A stretch of DNA of 64,000 nucleotides from an uncultured Clostridia bacterium (GCA_934670175.1 CAKUOX010000003.1:1279-65278); one strand, 5' to 3'. Shown: positions 45,915 through 55,665, numbered from the stretch's first letter. The notes: a model not told the origin generated them from the sequence alone. Program-made: numbers and translations.

Positions 45915-47846
45915 ATGTTTAAGGTTTGCTTTCACTGCGACGGCGGCGATAACAAAACCATATACGCTGCCGAAAATGAAAATCTGCTGGAGGTGGCGCG
46001 CAAGGCGAACGTCGCCATCGACGCACCCTGCTCCGGCAACGGCAGCTGCGGCAAATGCCGCGTAAGGCTGGTTTCCGGAAATCTGGAATCTCCGAAGACC
46101 CGCCATATCACCGATGAGGACTATGCGGCGGGCTGGAGGCTGGCTTGCAACAGCCGCGTGACCAGCGATGTGGAGATCGAGGTGCCCGACATTGCCTCTG
46201 CCTACAAATCCCGCATGAAGACGGCCGATCTGGAATCCGATGCCGAGATCGCCATCTTCACCCGCGCCGAGGAAAGCGTCCGCGCTGCGGGCATCAGCTT
46301 CACCAACGATTTTATTTCCGAGGTCGTCACCATGGATGTGCCGGACTTGAGCGACACCATGCCGGATAACGAGCGCCTGACGCGCGCGCTTCTGGCAGCG
46401 CTGAACGATGTTACGGAAATCATCATCCCCTACGGCGTAATGATCCATCTGCCCAGCACGCTGCGCGAGAACAACTTCTCCGTGCGCTGCTGCGGCCTGC
46501 TTCGCGGCGATGTTTTCCGCCTGATGAGCGTCTCCGCTGCCGATGATACCACGCCCATGCTCGGCGCGGCCATCGACATCGGCACCACCACCGTGACCGG
46601 CGTGCTGGCCGATCTGCAAACCGGCGAGCTGAAGGCCAAGGCTTCTGCGGGCAACGGTCAGATCCGCTATGGCGCGGACGTGATCAACCGCATCATCGAG
46701 GCGTCGCGCCCCGGCGGCAAAAAGCTGCTGCAGGACGCCATTATCAAGGAAACGCTCGACCCCATGCTGGGACTGATGTGCCGCCAGGCGAACGTAAAGG
46801 CAAACCGCATCTTCTCCATCGCCGTGGCGGGAAATACCACCATGAACCACCTCTTTGTGGGCACGGACGCCGATCCGGTACGCACCGAGCCCTATGTGCC
46901 CGCATTCTTCCGCTGGGAAGGGCTGTATGCGCGCGATCTGCGCCTGCCTGCCAACTCTGAAGCCGAGATCATACTCGCGCCGAACATCGGCTCCTATGTG
47001 GGCGGCGATATTACCGCCGGCACGCTGATGAGCATGATCTGGAACACGGATGAAATGTCGCTGTTCGTCGATCTGGGCACGAATGGCGAAATCGTGTTCG
47101 GCAATCGCGATTTCCTGATGTCCTGTGCGTGCAGTGCCGGCCCCGCGTTCGAGGGCGGCGACATTTCCTGCGGCATGCGCGCTACTGACGGCGCAATCGA
47201 GGCCTGCACCATCGATCCTGACACTATGGAGCCGACCTTCAGCATTATCGGCGCCGATGGGCAAAAGCCCGTGGGACTTTGCGGCAGCGGCATCATCGAC
47301 GTAGTAGCCGAGCTGTTCGGCTGCGGCATTATTTCCGCACGCGGTCAGTTCGTGCGCGAGGGTCGCCGCGTAACGAAGGACGCCAACGGCTTTGACTGCT
47401 ATGTGCTGGCCTTCCCCGATGAATCCGAGACCGGCCGCGCCGTCACGATCAACACCGTAGATATTGACAACTTCATCCGCGCAAAGGGCGCAATCTTCTC
47501 CGCCATCTGCACGCTGCTCAAATCCGTGGATATGGACGTGACCTGTCTGGAGCACATCTACGTCGCGGGCGGCATCGGCAGCGGCATCAATATGCGCAAC
47601 AGCGTGCGCATCGGCATGTTCCCTGATGTGGATATGAGCCAGTTCAGCTATATTGGCAATTCCTCGCTGTCCGGCGCGTATGCGATGGTGATGTCCGACC
47701 AGGCGCGCGAAAAGGTGGACGAGCTGTCCCGCAGCATGACCTACCTCGAATTGAGCACCACGCCGGGCTATATGGATGAATTCATGGCTGCCTGCTTCCT
47801 GCCCCACACCAATGCAGAGCTTTTTCCGTCCTGCGCAGGACATTGA
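45915..47846 (+). CDS. Corrinoid activation/regeneration protein (RACo/AcsV-like: 2Fe-2S domain + ASKHA ATPase)
   Basis: 643 aa, N-terminal CSGNGSCGKCRV, AAGGAG SD. Confidence 0.85.
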   Translation: MFKVCFHCDGGDNKTIYAAENENLLEVARKANVAIDAPCSGNGSCGKCRVRLVSGNLESPKTRHITDEDYAAGWRLACNSRVTSDVEIEVPDIASAYKSRMKTADLESDAEIAIFTRAEESVRAAGISFTNDFISEVVTMDVPDLSDTMPDNERLTRALLAALNDVTEIIIPYGVMIHLPSTLRENNFSVRCCGLLRGDVFRLMSVSAADDTTPMLGAAIDIGTTTVTGVLADLQTGELKAKASAGNGQIRYGADVINRIIEASRPGGKKLLQDAIIKETLDPMLGLMCRQANVKANRIFSIAVAGNTTMNHLFVGTDADPVRTEPYVPAFFRWEGLYARDLRLPANSEAEIILAPNIGSYVGGDITAGTLMSMIWNTDEMSLFVDLGTNGEIVFGNRDFLMSCACSAGPAFEGGDISCGMRATDGAIEACTIDPDTMEPTFSIIGADGQKPVGLCGSGIIDVVAELFGCGIISARGQFVREGRRVTKDANGFDCYVLAFPDESETGRAVTINTVDIDNFIRAKGAIFSAICTLLKSVDMDVTCLEHIYVAGGIGSGINMRNSVRIGMFPDVDMSQFSYIGNSSLSGAYAMVMSDQAREKVDELSRSMTYLELSTTPGYMDEFMAACFLPHTNAELFPSCAGH

Positions 47847-47857
47847 CAGGAGGACGC

Positions 47858-48484
47858 ATGGCAAACAATATTGAAAACAACAAGGAAATGGTGCCGCTTG
47901 AGCACTATGTGAACCTGTTCCGCGCGCTCGACCCCGCTGAAGCGGCCGAGCGCACCGGCTGCGCCTTTGACGCCGAGCAGGGCTACTTCCATGTGCGCCT
48001 GCTCTACGCCGACTACCGCATTCAGCATCCGAATTTCGCCATTGCCTGCGACGATGCGAACGCGCTTGCACTCACCAGCATTCCCGCGCAGATCTTCATG
48101 CTGCGCTATCTGCTGGAGGGACGCGCTTCCACGGGTAGCGGCGCATTTTTGCCGTACCGCGAAATGCCCTGGGGCGACGTATACTTAAAGCCCTTTACTG
48201 GCCGCTGCCTTACCCGCGCGGCCTACACCTTCGGCACGCGGCTGGACGCCTTCAAGGCTGCTATCGAGAAAATGCCCGTCGTGCCGCTGAAATACGGTGA
48301 CGCCTCCTGCCAGATCGAGCTGATGCCCGGCTATGAGCTGCGCCTGATCGTCTGGGAGGGCGACGATGAGTTTCCGCCGAATGCGCAGATCGTATTCTCG
48401 GACAATTTCCCCATCGCCTTTTCCGCTGAGGATCGCACCGTGGCGGGCGACCTGATCATCGCCGAGCTAAAGCGCAATATGTGA
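47858..48484 (+). CDS. DUF3786-like protein commonly found in acs clusters
   Basis: ATG at 47858, after AGGAGGA. The family assignment is from recollection. Confidence 0.5.
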   Translation: MANNIENNKEMVPLEHYVNLFRALDPAEAAERTGCAFDAEQGYFHVRLLYADYRIQHPNFAIACDDANALALTSIPAQIFMLRYLLEGRASTGSGAFLPYREMPWGDVYLKPFTGRCLTRAAYTFGTRLDAFKAAIEKMPVVPLKYGDASCQIELMPGYELRLIVWEGDDEFPPNAQIVFSDNFPIAFSAEDRTVAGDLIIAELKRNM

Positions 48485-48497
48485 GTCCAGCACTTCA

Positions 48498-48556
48498 AGA
48501 ACAAGCCCCGAACGAAAGCGCCACGCCCTTGCGCGCGCCCGTTCGGGGCTTGTTCT
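48498..48556. terminator. 17-bp hairpin between convergent operons
   Basis: AGAACAAGCCCCGAACG / CGTTCGGGGCTTGTTCT with a 25-nt loop. Confidence 0.65.
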
Positions 48557-48568
48557 CTTAAACTACGT

Positions 48569-49273
48569 TTAATCCGCCTCTCTGCGGCTCGATTTCGTTA
48601 AGTGGTCGGCATACCGGCGGCCATAGTGCTCGACCAGTATGGCATACGCCGCCTTCATGCAGGTTCTGCGCCTGCGGCAATCGTGACTGTCCGTGGCGAC
48701 ATAATCAATGATCCTGTCGCGCAGCCAGCTGTGCACGCGCCTGTTCACGATCAGCCCAGCGCCATCGACCAGCGTCTGGCCGTTCATCTGATATAAAACA
48801 TCGCTATCGTCCCGCAGCCTGTACGGCGCCGAACCGGAAAACGCCCGATAACGCTCGATATGCGCCAGCACGGGCGTATAGCCGTTGCGCTCCAGCATAT
48901 CGACTGCCGACGCAATTTCGCGAAAGCTGATCTCCGGTGCAAATTCCACCAGCACGCGATCCGTATCGCCCAACGTCGGCAGGGTATGTTCCTGCGCATA
49001 GCGCTTCAGAAAAGGGGTATACAGTATCTCCGCGCCGGCATACAGCTGCATCGCATAGCCGCGCTGCCGGCAATACTCGCGTGCCAAACTCAGATGTCGT
49101 TCGAAGCGCTCCGCGTCGAAGGCCCGCACGCCGGGCGTCATGTGCGGCGTAGCAATCAGCTCGGTCACGCCGTCCGCCCATGCGGCGTCCAGCATGGCCT
49201 GCATCTCCTTCTGGCTGCGCGCGCCGTCATCCATGCCGTAAACGAAGTGCGCATGAATATCACAGAAGCTCAT
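48569..49273 (-). CDS. Manganese-dependent protein-tyrosine phosphatase (PHP family, CpsB/YwqE-like)
   Basis: N-terminal CDIHAHFVYGMDDG. Confidence 0.8.
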   Translation of the reverse strand: MSFCDIHAHFVYGMDDGARSQKEMQAMLDAAWADGVTELIATPHMTPGVRAFDAERFERHLSLAREYCRQRGYAMQLYAGAEILYTPFLKRYAQEHTLPTLGDTDRVLVEFAPEISFREIASAVDMLERNGYTPVLAHIERYRAFSGSAPYRLRDDSDVLYQMNGQTLVDGAGLIVNRRVHSWLRDRIIDYVATDSHDCRRRRTCMKAAYAILVEHYGRRYADHLTKSSRREAD

Positions 49274-50034
49274 TTGCGCTTTACCGGCCTGTCCGCCGAG
49301 CTCCTGGCGCGCGGCGATGACTTATCCTCTTCATCATATGCCTTCGAATAGTAGGCATTATAGGATTTTTTATAGTAATACTTTTTGTTCATGTAATCAT
49401 CGAACTGAACCCCATTCAGCACCGCGCCGAGAACAGGACAGCCCGTCTGTTCCAGCTGCGCCTTCACGTCGAGCAGCTCCTGGCGGTGCACGCTGTCGTA
49501 ACCGACCACGATCAGCGCGCCGTCACAGGATTTGGCAATCTCAGCGGCGTCGATCAGCAAGCCGAGCGGCGGCGCATCCACGATCACATAATCCATTTTT
49601 CGGGCGAGGCTGTTGAGCAGCTCCTTAAAATGCGGCGATACCAGCAGCTGCAGGGAATTTGACACCGTGCGCCCGACCGGCACCATATATGCGCCGTTAG
49701 TATTCGTAGCATAGACAATCTCATTTTCCGTCGCCATGCCCGCAAGATAGTGCGCCAGACCGCGCTTTTCCGTTTCAAAGCGAATGCCATATCTGGAAGC
49801 GATCATACCGCGCCGCAAATCTGCCTCGACCAGCACGACGCGCTTGCCCAGCCGCGCCATCGAACGCATCACGTTCATTGCCATGAAGGACTTGCCCTCC
49901 GCGGCGTGGCAGCTGGTGAACATGATCCGTTTCACATTCTCACCGGAGAAGGACAGGTTCGTACACAGCGTATTCACTGCCTCACTGGCAGCATATTCCA
50001 GGGGCGGAAAGCGCCTGATACTCAGTTTGTTCAT
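49270..50034 (-). CDS. BY-kinase catalytic protein (CpsD/YwqD-like tyrosine kinase)
   Basis: Walker A AAEGKSF and a C-terminal Tyr cluster KKYYYKKSYNAYYSKAY. Confidence 0.85.
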   Translation of the reverse strand: MNKLSIRRFPPLEYAASEAVNTLCTNLSFSGENVKRIMFTSCHAAEGKSFMAMNVMRSMARLGKRVVLVEADLRRGMIASRYGIRFETEKRGLAHYLAGMATENEIVYATNTNGAYMVPVGRTVSNSLQLLVSPHFKELLNSLARKMDYVIVDAPPLGLLIDAAEIAKSCDGALIVVGYDSVHRQELLDVKAQLEQTGCPVLGAVLNGVQFDDYMNKKYYYKKSYNAYYSKAYDEEDKSSPRARSSADRPVKRK

Positions 50035-50804
50035 TTGTGCGCCCCCTTCTTGCTCCGCTTTTCCCTGTAATTCAAATTCTCAGCCTCTGCTGGAACGACC
50101 GCCAGCGTCGCCATACCGGCATATTTGCGGATATCCTCCGCCGTTTTATAGGTATCATCAATCAGCATGTGCACCGTGACCGCACCTGCCGCCAACAGGA
50201 AGCCAACCATGAAGCCGAGCACCACGCTTCTGAGCTTTCTCGGCGCCACGGGCTTGGTCGGTACCAGCGCCTCAGACATCAGGCTGGGCCTTTCCGTCGC
50301 CATATTATCGGCGATGTACTGGCTGGCGACCTCGACATATTCGTTGGCGATGGCCGCTGCCTCCTCAGCTGAGGAGGACCTCACGGTAATATCGAGCATG
50401 CGCGTTCCGGAATCGTTGGAAATGGTGCGCATCTTCTCCAGCTGCTCCCGATTATAGGGCAGGTTCAAATTGGCGATAACTGCTTCGTTGACCTCCCACA
50501 TGTCAAATACCTTGATGTAGTCACTCATCAACGCCGCGCCAACCTGCAGATCCGACATATTCAGCGCTTCGTCCTTGCGGCTGAGCACATAGATCGTAGA
50601 CGTCGCCTCATAGGTAGGCGTAACGAACAGCACCGTATACAAGCCGATCATAACCGCCAGCGCGATGGCCACGCCCACAATCAGCTTCCAGCTTCCAATT
50701 AGGCGATACAATAATTCAATTAAATCAACCGTTTGTGCTTCCCTTTGCTGCGCAGGCATTTCCGAAGCCATAGCTCCGCCTTGCTGCTTGCGTTGTTCTT
50801 CCAT
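50031..50804 (-). CDS. Wzz/CpsC-like chain-length determinant (kinase transmembrane activator)
   Basis: The start is set at MEEQRKQQ (ATG 50802-50804) after AGGAG. Two TM segments flank a periplasmic domain. Confidence 0.75.
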   Translation of the reverse strand: MEEQRKQQGGAMASEMPAQQREAQTVDLIELLYRLIGSWKLIVGVAIALAVMIGLYTVLFVTPTYEATSTIYVLSRKDEALNMSDLQVGAALMSDYIKVFDMWEVNEAVIANLNLPYNREQLEKMRTISNDSGTRMLDITVRSSSAEEAAAIANEYVEVASQYIADNMATERPSLMSEALVPTKPVAPRKLRSVVLGFMVGFLLAAGAVTVHMLIDDTYKTAEDIRKYAGMATLAVVPAEAENLNYREKRSKKGAHK

Positions 50805-51013
50805 TTTCTGTCTCGCTCCTGTTTTGATGCGTGCCTGGGCGCAGCAGAGATCACCTACTGCGCACAGACCTGCGTTTTTATACAACAGGACTATTGTATA
50901 ACAAAATATTTCCAATGTCAACGTATTTACGTCATACAGATATTCATTTTATGTTGAATTTCATGACATGTTCTCAACTTATTGATTCAAACTTCAATAC
51001 GCGCCGCTCTTCT

Positions 51014-52531
51014 TCAGCCCCTCGCTTCCCGACGCTGCTGTTTCTGAACATACATGCGATTATCCGCCATGTAGAACAGCATGTTCACGCTCCGCGCTTC
51101 CGAATAGCGCGCCGTACCGACATCCACCTCGAGCCGCAGCCCCGCCTCGATCCTTGAAAAATCGGTCTGCGCCACGGCGCTGCATATGCGTCCAGCCAGC
51201 GCCGCGCCATCGCCGCCGCGATGCAGAATGACAAATTCGTCGCCCGCAAAGCGCGCGAACACGTCGTCATCCGTCAGCAGCGACTTGATCGCGTTGGCCA
51301 CCGCCGTCAGCACCGCATCGCCGGCGCTATGACCATAGCTGTCGTTGATCTGCTTGAAGCGCGCCAGATCCATAAACAGCATTTCAAAATCGGCGCCGGT
51401 CTTCGTATAGGCGTCGCTCCAGGATTCGAGCGCATCGAACAGGCCGCGCCGGTTCATAAGTCCGGTCAGGTCGTCGCTGTATGCCAGGTAGGCCAGCTGC
51501 GATTGGGTGCGGTGTATCTCCGTAATATCGTTCAGGCAGAGCACAAACAGATCCATATTCTTGCGCAGCCGCAGCCGGCTGACTGCCGTGACCAGATACG
51601 CGCCGTTTTCCAGCCGAACCGGATAGCCGGAGGTATTCATTCTGTCCGAAGCGGCAAAGGCACGAAAGCGCCGCGCCGCTTCAGCGTCAAAGCACGCCTT
51701 GCAGTCAGCCGGATCCTCCACGTCCAGAATTCGCCGCGCCTCCTGATTCAGATACAGCGCGTTGAAGTCCTCGTCCATTACCAGTATGGCGCTGTGGCAG
51801 CTGTCAAACACACCCCAGCTCTCCGCAGGCTGGGCAAAGCTGGCAAAATCCAGCCCGCGCAGCTGCGTCCAATACCCCAGCGCGAACACCAGCGCCGCCA
51901 CACAGCCCAGCGGCGGCAGCAGATCGGTAAAGCGCGGCAATATGTAGATCGTCGTCGTTCCGATAGCCAGCGAAATCACATTCAGCACCGTGAAGCCGCG
52001 CGCGAGCCGGTTGGCCGCGGGCATGCGCACGCTGCGCCGCCATTTGAACATCCAGTACATGGCCGCGCCAAAGCTGATGGCAAAACAGAGCACGTACAGC
52101 ACCGACCAAATCGTCGTCCGGTGCACATACGTCCAGCCGAGACCGGCGCCGCTTTGCACCAGATCCACCGCATATGCCGTCGGCGCGATGGACATAAACC
52201 GCAGCGTAAGCAGCGCGGCAAGCAGCCAGTAGCCCGCCTTGAACCACGCGGGAATGCGCTTTTCCACGCCCGTCAGGCGCGCATAATAGGCGGTCGCGGG
52301 CGCGATAAAGCCGCACCAGCCGAATGCACTGAGCCGGTGCCACAAAAAGGCGCTGTCCTTATCCGGCGCCATGAAGAAAAAGCTGTCGCAGAAGCACCAC
52401 CACGCCAGGCAAAGCATCACGGCCGTTACCATGCTGATTTGCCGGTTGCTGCGCTCACGCATGCTGTGCTGATATGTAAGTGCGACAATGACGCCGGCTG
52501 TCAACAGCGCCAGAGCTGACAATGGGTTCAT
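51014..52531 (-). CDS. Membrane-bound diguanylate cyclase (multi-TM N-terminus, PAS-like, GGDEF domain with an AGDEF motif)
   Basis: 505 aa with RFAGDEFVILH. No RxxD I-site is seen 5 residues upstream. Confidence 0.85.
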   Translation of the reverse strand: MNPLSALALLTAGVIVALTYQHSMRERSNRQISMVTAVMLCLAWWCFCDSFFFMAPDKDSAFLWHRLSAFGWCGFIAPATAYYARLTGVEKRIPAWFKAGYWLLAALLTLRFMSIAPTAYAVDLVQSGAGLGWTYVHRTTIWSVLYVLCFAISFGAAMYWMFKWRRSVRMPAANRLARGFTVLNVISLAIGTTTIYILPRFTDLLPPLGCVAALVFALGYWTQLRGLDFASFAQPAESWGVFDSCHSAILVMDEDFNALYLNQEARRILDVEDPADCKACFDAEAARRFRAFAASDRMNTSGYPVRLENGAYLVTAVSRLRLRKNMDLFVLCLNDITEIHRTQSQLAYLAYSDDLTGLMNRRGLFDALESWSDAYTKTGADFEMLFMDLARFKQINDSYGHSAGDAVLTAVANAIKSLLTDDDVFARFAGDEFVILHRGGDGAALAGRICSAVAQTDFSRIEAGLRLEVDVGTARYSEARSVNMLFYMADNRMYVQKQQRREARG

Positions 52532-52698
52532 ATATCATTTCCTTTGCATCAAATAATTCGGTGCAGGCCGTATACGCGGCGAACCGGCTGAACGCACCGT
52601 TGCTTTTATGTAAACTTTTATAGGCGTTTGCTTTTCTGGATAATCATTATACCACAGTGCGAACCACCTGTCAAACCTCCGCAGCTGCGAATATGCAT

Positions 52699-52726
52699 TG
52701 AGCCGTCCAGAATTCTGGACGGCTCA
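52699..52726. repeat. Perfect 28-nt palindrome
   Basis: TGAGCCGTCCAGAA|TTCTGGACGGCTCA, located 130 nt after the DUF1540 gene. No T-tract on either strand. Confidence 0.5.
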
Positions 52727-52858
52727 GCCTGTTGAAGTGATGGAATCGCAAAATTGGAGCTTTGCAGGCCGGCGGGCTTCAGCAGCAGCCGCGCCACGCG
52801 AATATGCGCCAGGTGCTTGCTGCGCAGCAGAACACGCCGGTGATTCCTTTACCTCAAA

Positions 52859-53032
52859 TCACTTGCACTTGTAGCTCGCGCACATGCTCTCGTCGCTGGC
52901 CTTGCCGCTGTGGCAATTGGCACAGGGCTCCACCTGGATGCTGGAAAGCGTGCAGCAATTCTCGTCGCTGCAATGATAGCCGCAGCTCTCTACGCGGCAG
53001 CGAATGTTCTTGTTGGCCTGCTTGTCGTTCAT
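52859..53032 (-). CDS. DUF1540-like small Cys/His-rich protein
   Basis: The start is set at MNDKQANKNIRCRVESCGYH (ATG 53030-53032). 57 aa. Confidence 0.6.
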   Translation of the reverse strand: MNDKQANKNIRCRVESCGYHCSDENCCTLSSIQVEPCANCHSGKASDESMCASYKCK

Positions 53033-53126
53033 GAATAACACTCCCGTCCTAAATTCTGTATTGCCTGGCCGGAGCCGGACAATAGCATTTTGTCCGGAAG
53101 ACACGCAAAGTATGCCTGCGCGTGCG

Positions 53127-54359
53127 TCAATTTGCATTTGCCGAAGCGATGCGGCGCGCCACCTCGCGAATGGCGCACCTCAGCTGCGCATCCCGCGCCG
53201 GATCGGGCGCGGCCGCGTTGATCTCATCGCCGTCTTCACTTTCCACCACGATGTCCGGCGTCACACCCACGCCGTGGATGCTGCGCCCGTTCGGCGTATA
53301 ATAGCTCGCAGATGTGTACTGCATGCCCGCGCCGTCCTCGCTGAAGCTCACCAGCGTCTGCACGATGCCCTTGCCGAAGGTCTTTGTGCCGACCACGGCG
53401 GCACGGCCGTAATCCTGCACGGCGGCAGCCAGTATCTCCGATGCGCTGGCGGACATGTCGTTCACCAGCACCACCATGGGCAAATCACAATGCTGCGCAT
53501 CCGAATAGCAATCGGTACGCGCGCCGTCCCGCGTCTGCGTATAAACGACCACGCCTTCTGGGAGCAATTCATCAGCGATCGCCACCACATCGTCCAGCAG
53601 ACCGCCGGGATTATTGCGCAGATCGACGATCAGGCCATTCGCGCCTGCGTTCTGCAATGCCTGCAGCGCCGCCCTGAAGGCGCTTACATCGTCGCCGGAG
53701 AACTGATAGATGGCAATATAGCCGATGCCGCCCTCGAGCATCGCCCAATCGACGTTCGAAACATTCACAGCCGCGCATACCACTGAAACCTCAAACTGCG
53801 CATCGCCGCGCAGTATGCCGAGCTCAACCGCTTCGCCGACCTGCCTGCGAATGCGGTTCACGCCCTGCGTAAACGCCTGCTCATCCGCACCGCTGACCGC
53901 CTCGCCGTCCACCGACACGATGCAGTCGCCCACCTGCAGCCCCGCCGCCTGCGCCGACCCACCCTCGTACACGCGCACGATCTCGATCATGCCGTCGTCA
54001 TTCTGCTGCACCAGCACGCCGATGCCCTGGTAATTGCCGCTGGTCGTTTCGTCGTGCTTCTGCATTTCATCGGGCGTATAATAGAAGGTGTATGGATCCT
54101 GCAGCGACGCCATCATGCCCTGGATCGCGCCTTCGACGAGGACGTCATCGTCCACCTCCTGGTAGTATTCCGCATCGAGCGTTCGCCGTATTTCCTCCAG
54201 CCGCGCATAACGCGCAATGATCTCGTAATCCTCGCCGCGCACCAGCCGAACGCCAAGAAAACCGTCCGCCGACGAAAGCAGCGTCAGCGCCGCGCCCACA
54301 ATGCACGCCGCCAGCACGACCCATAGCAGGGCAATCTCAAATCCGTTTCTGCGCTTCAT
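53127..54359 (-). CDS. S41-family C-terminal processing peptidase (PDZ domain)
   Basis: SASASEILA and TFGKG motifs. ATG at 54357-54359, after GGAGG. Confidence 0.85.
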   Translation of the reverse strand: MKRRNGFEIALLWVVLAACIVGAALTLLSSADGFLGVRLVRGEDYEIIARYARLEEIRRTLDAEYYQEVDDDVLVEGAIQGMMASLQDPYTFYYTPDEMQKHDETTSGNYQGIGVLVQQNDDGMIEIVRVYEGGSAQAAGLQVGDCIVSVDGEAVSGADEQAFTQGVNRIRRQVGEAVELGILRGDAQFEVSVVCAAVNVSNVDWAMLEGGIGYIAIYQFSGDDVSAFRAALQALQNAGANGLIVDLRNNPGGLLDDVVAIADELLPEGVVVYTQTRDGARTDCYSDAQHCDLPMVVLVNDMSASASEILAAAVQDYGRAAVVGTKTFGKGIVQTLVSFSEDGAGMQYTSASYYTPNGRSIHGVGVTPDIVVESEDGDEINAAAPDPARDAQLRCAIREVARRIASANAN

Positions 54360-54459
54360 AGGCCTTGCCTCCAAAGGAAGAATATGGAAAACGCGGCGGC
54401 AATACGCGCCGCCGCATCCCTCAGTCGTATTTGAAATTATGCTTCCGCGCCGCCGCAGA

Positions 54460-55530
54460 TTACATGCGGTTTTTGCGCGGCGTGGTGTTTTTGCCCAGCA
54501 GCATCATCATCTTGAAGGTAACCGCATCGTCGAAATTGCGCAGATCAAGGCCGATGGCCCGCTGCACCTTTTCCAGACGATAGACCAGCGTGTTGCGGTG
54601 GATGTAGAGCTTGCGCGCCGTTTCCGAAAGGTTCAGGCTGTTGTCAAAGAAGCTCTCGATGGTGTGCACCATTTCATCGTTGAACAGGCGCGCGGTCTTG
54701 CGGTTAAAGATCATGGCATTGTAGCTGCCGCACATGTCCTGCGGCACGTCGTTCAGGAAGCGCTCGAGCAGCAGGTTGCGGTATACGAACACCGTGCGGC
54801 TGCTGTGGTATACGCGGCCGACGTTGATGGCGCTGCGCGCCTCCTCGTAGGCATCCGGAATGCCCAGCAGATCGTCGCGCGGGTTGGAAATGCCCACATA
54901 CACGGAGGTGCCGGATTCGGTCAGGAAGCTCACCTCGATCGCCTTGGCGTATTCCTCGAGCTCCGCGAAATTCACGTCCTCATCCACGCTCTTGAGCATC
55001 GCCAGCGAATGGCGGCCGACCTCGGCCAGCAGGTCGCTCTCGTCCTGAAGGCTTCCGCTGAGCAGCTGCATCGCCGCCTCAGCCTCGATATCTACAAAAT
55101 AGAAATACAGTACGCAGCGCTTCTTATCCAGCGGGATATTGTGCTCCGCCGCCAGCGTTTCAAATTCGGAGGTTTCGATCTCGCCGCGCAGCATCAGCCG
55201 CAGCGACTGTTCGCGGCTGGTGTGGCTCAGATCCTCGCGAAGCACCATGTTGATCAGCTCTGCGCAGAGCACCGCGCACTTTTTAATCTCCTCGGTGTCG
55301 CCATGCAGGCAGATGAAAATGGGCTGATCCTCAGAGGTACCGATCAGCGTCACGCCGCCATAGATCAGCGGCATGGTGGGATTTTTGCGAACGGCTTCCG
55401 GCAGATTAAAGGTACGCTGATCGCCCTCGGGCAGGATGACATTGCCGTTGGAATCCAGCAGCAGCGCCGAAAGATCGATCATGTCCAGAATGCGGGCAAT
55501 TTTGGAAGTGATTCTATGATCCAGATACAT
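54460..55530 (-). CDS. PucR/CdaR-family transcriptional regulator
   Basis: C-terminal HTH ETARKLYIHRNTLVYRLEKV. Confidence 0.75.
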   Translation of the reverse strand: MYLDHRITSKIARILDMIDLSALLLDSNGNVILPEGDQRTFNLPEAVRKNPTMPLIYGGVTLIGTSEDQPIFICLHGDTEEIKKCAVLCAELINMVLREDLSHTSREQSLRLMLRGEIETSEFETLAAEHNIPLDKKRCVLYFYFVDIEAEAAMQLLSGSLQDESDLLAEVGRHSLAMLKSVDEDVNFAELEEYAKAIEVSFLTESGTSVYVGISNPRDDLLGIPDAYEEARSAINVGRVYHSSRTVFVYRNLLLERFLNDVPQDMCGSYNAMIFNRKTARLFNDEMVHTIESFFDNSLNLSETARKLYIHRNTLVYRLEKVQRAIGLDLRNFDDAVTFKMMMLLGKNTTPRKNRM

Positions 55531-55665
55531 ATCAATTCACATGCCTTTCTGTGATAAATTGTATAGCACGGATAGATTATATTCCGATTTGTGCAAACGG
55601 TCAAGCAAAGGCAGGTTTACAGTTTTAAACCTTTGTAATTATGCAGTTATTGTTTGCAGCAAGAC

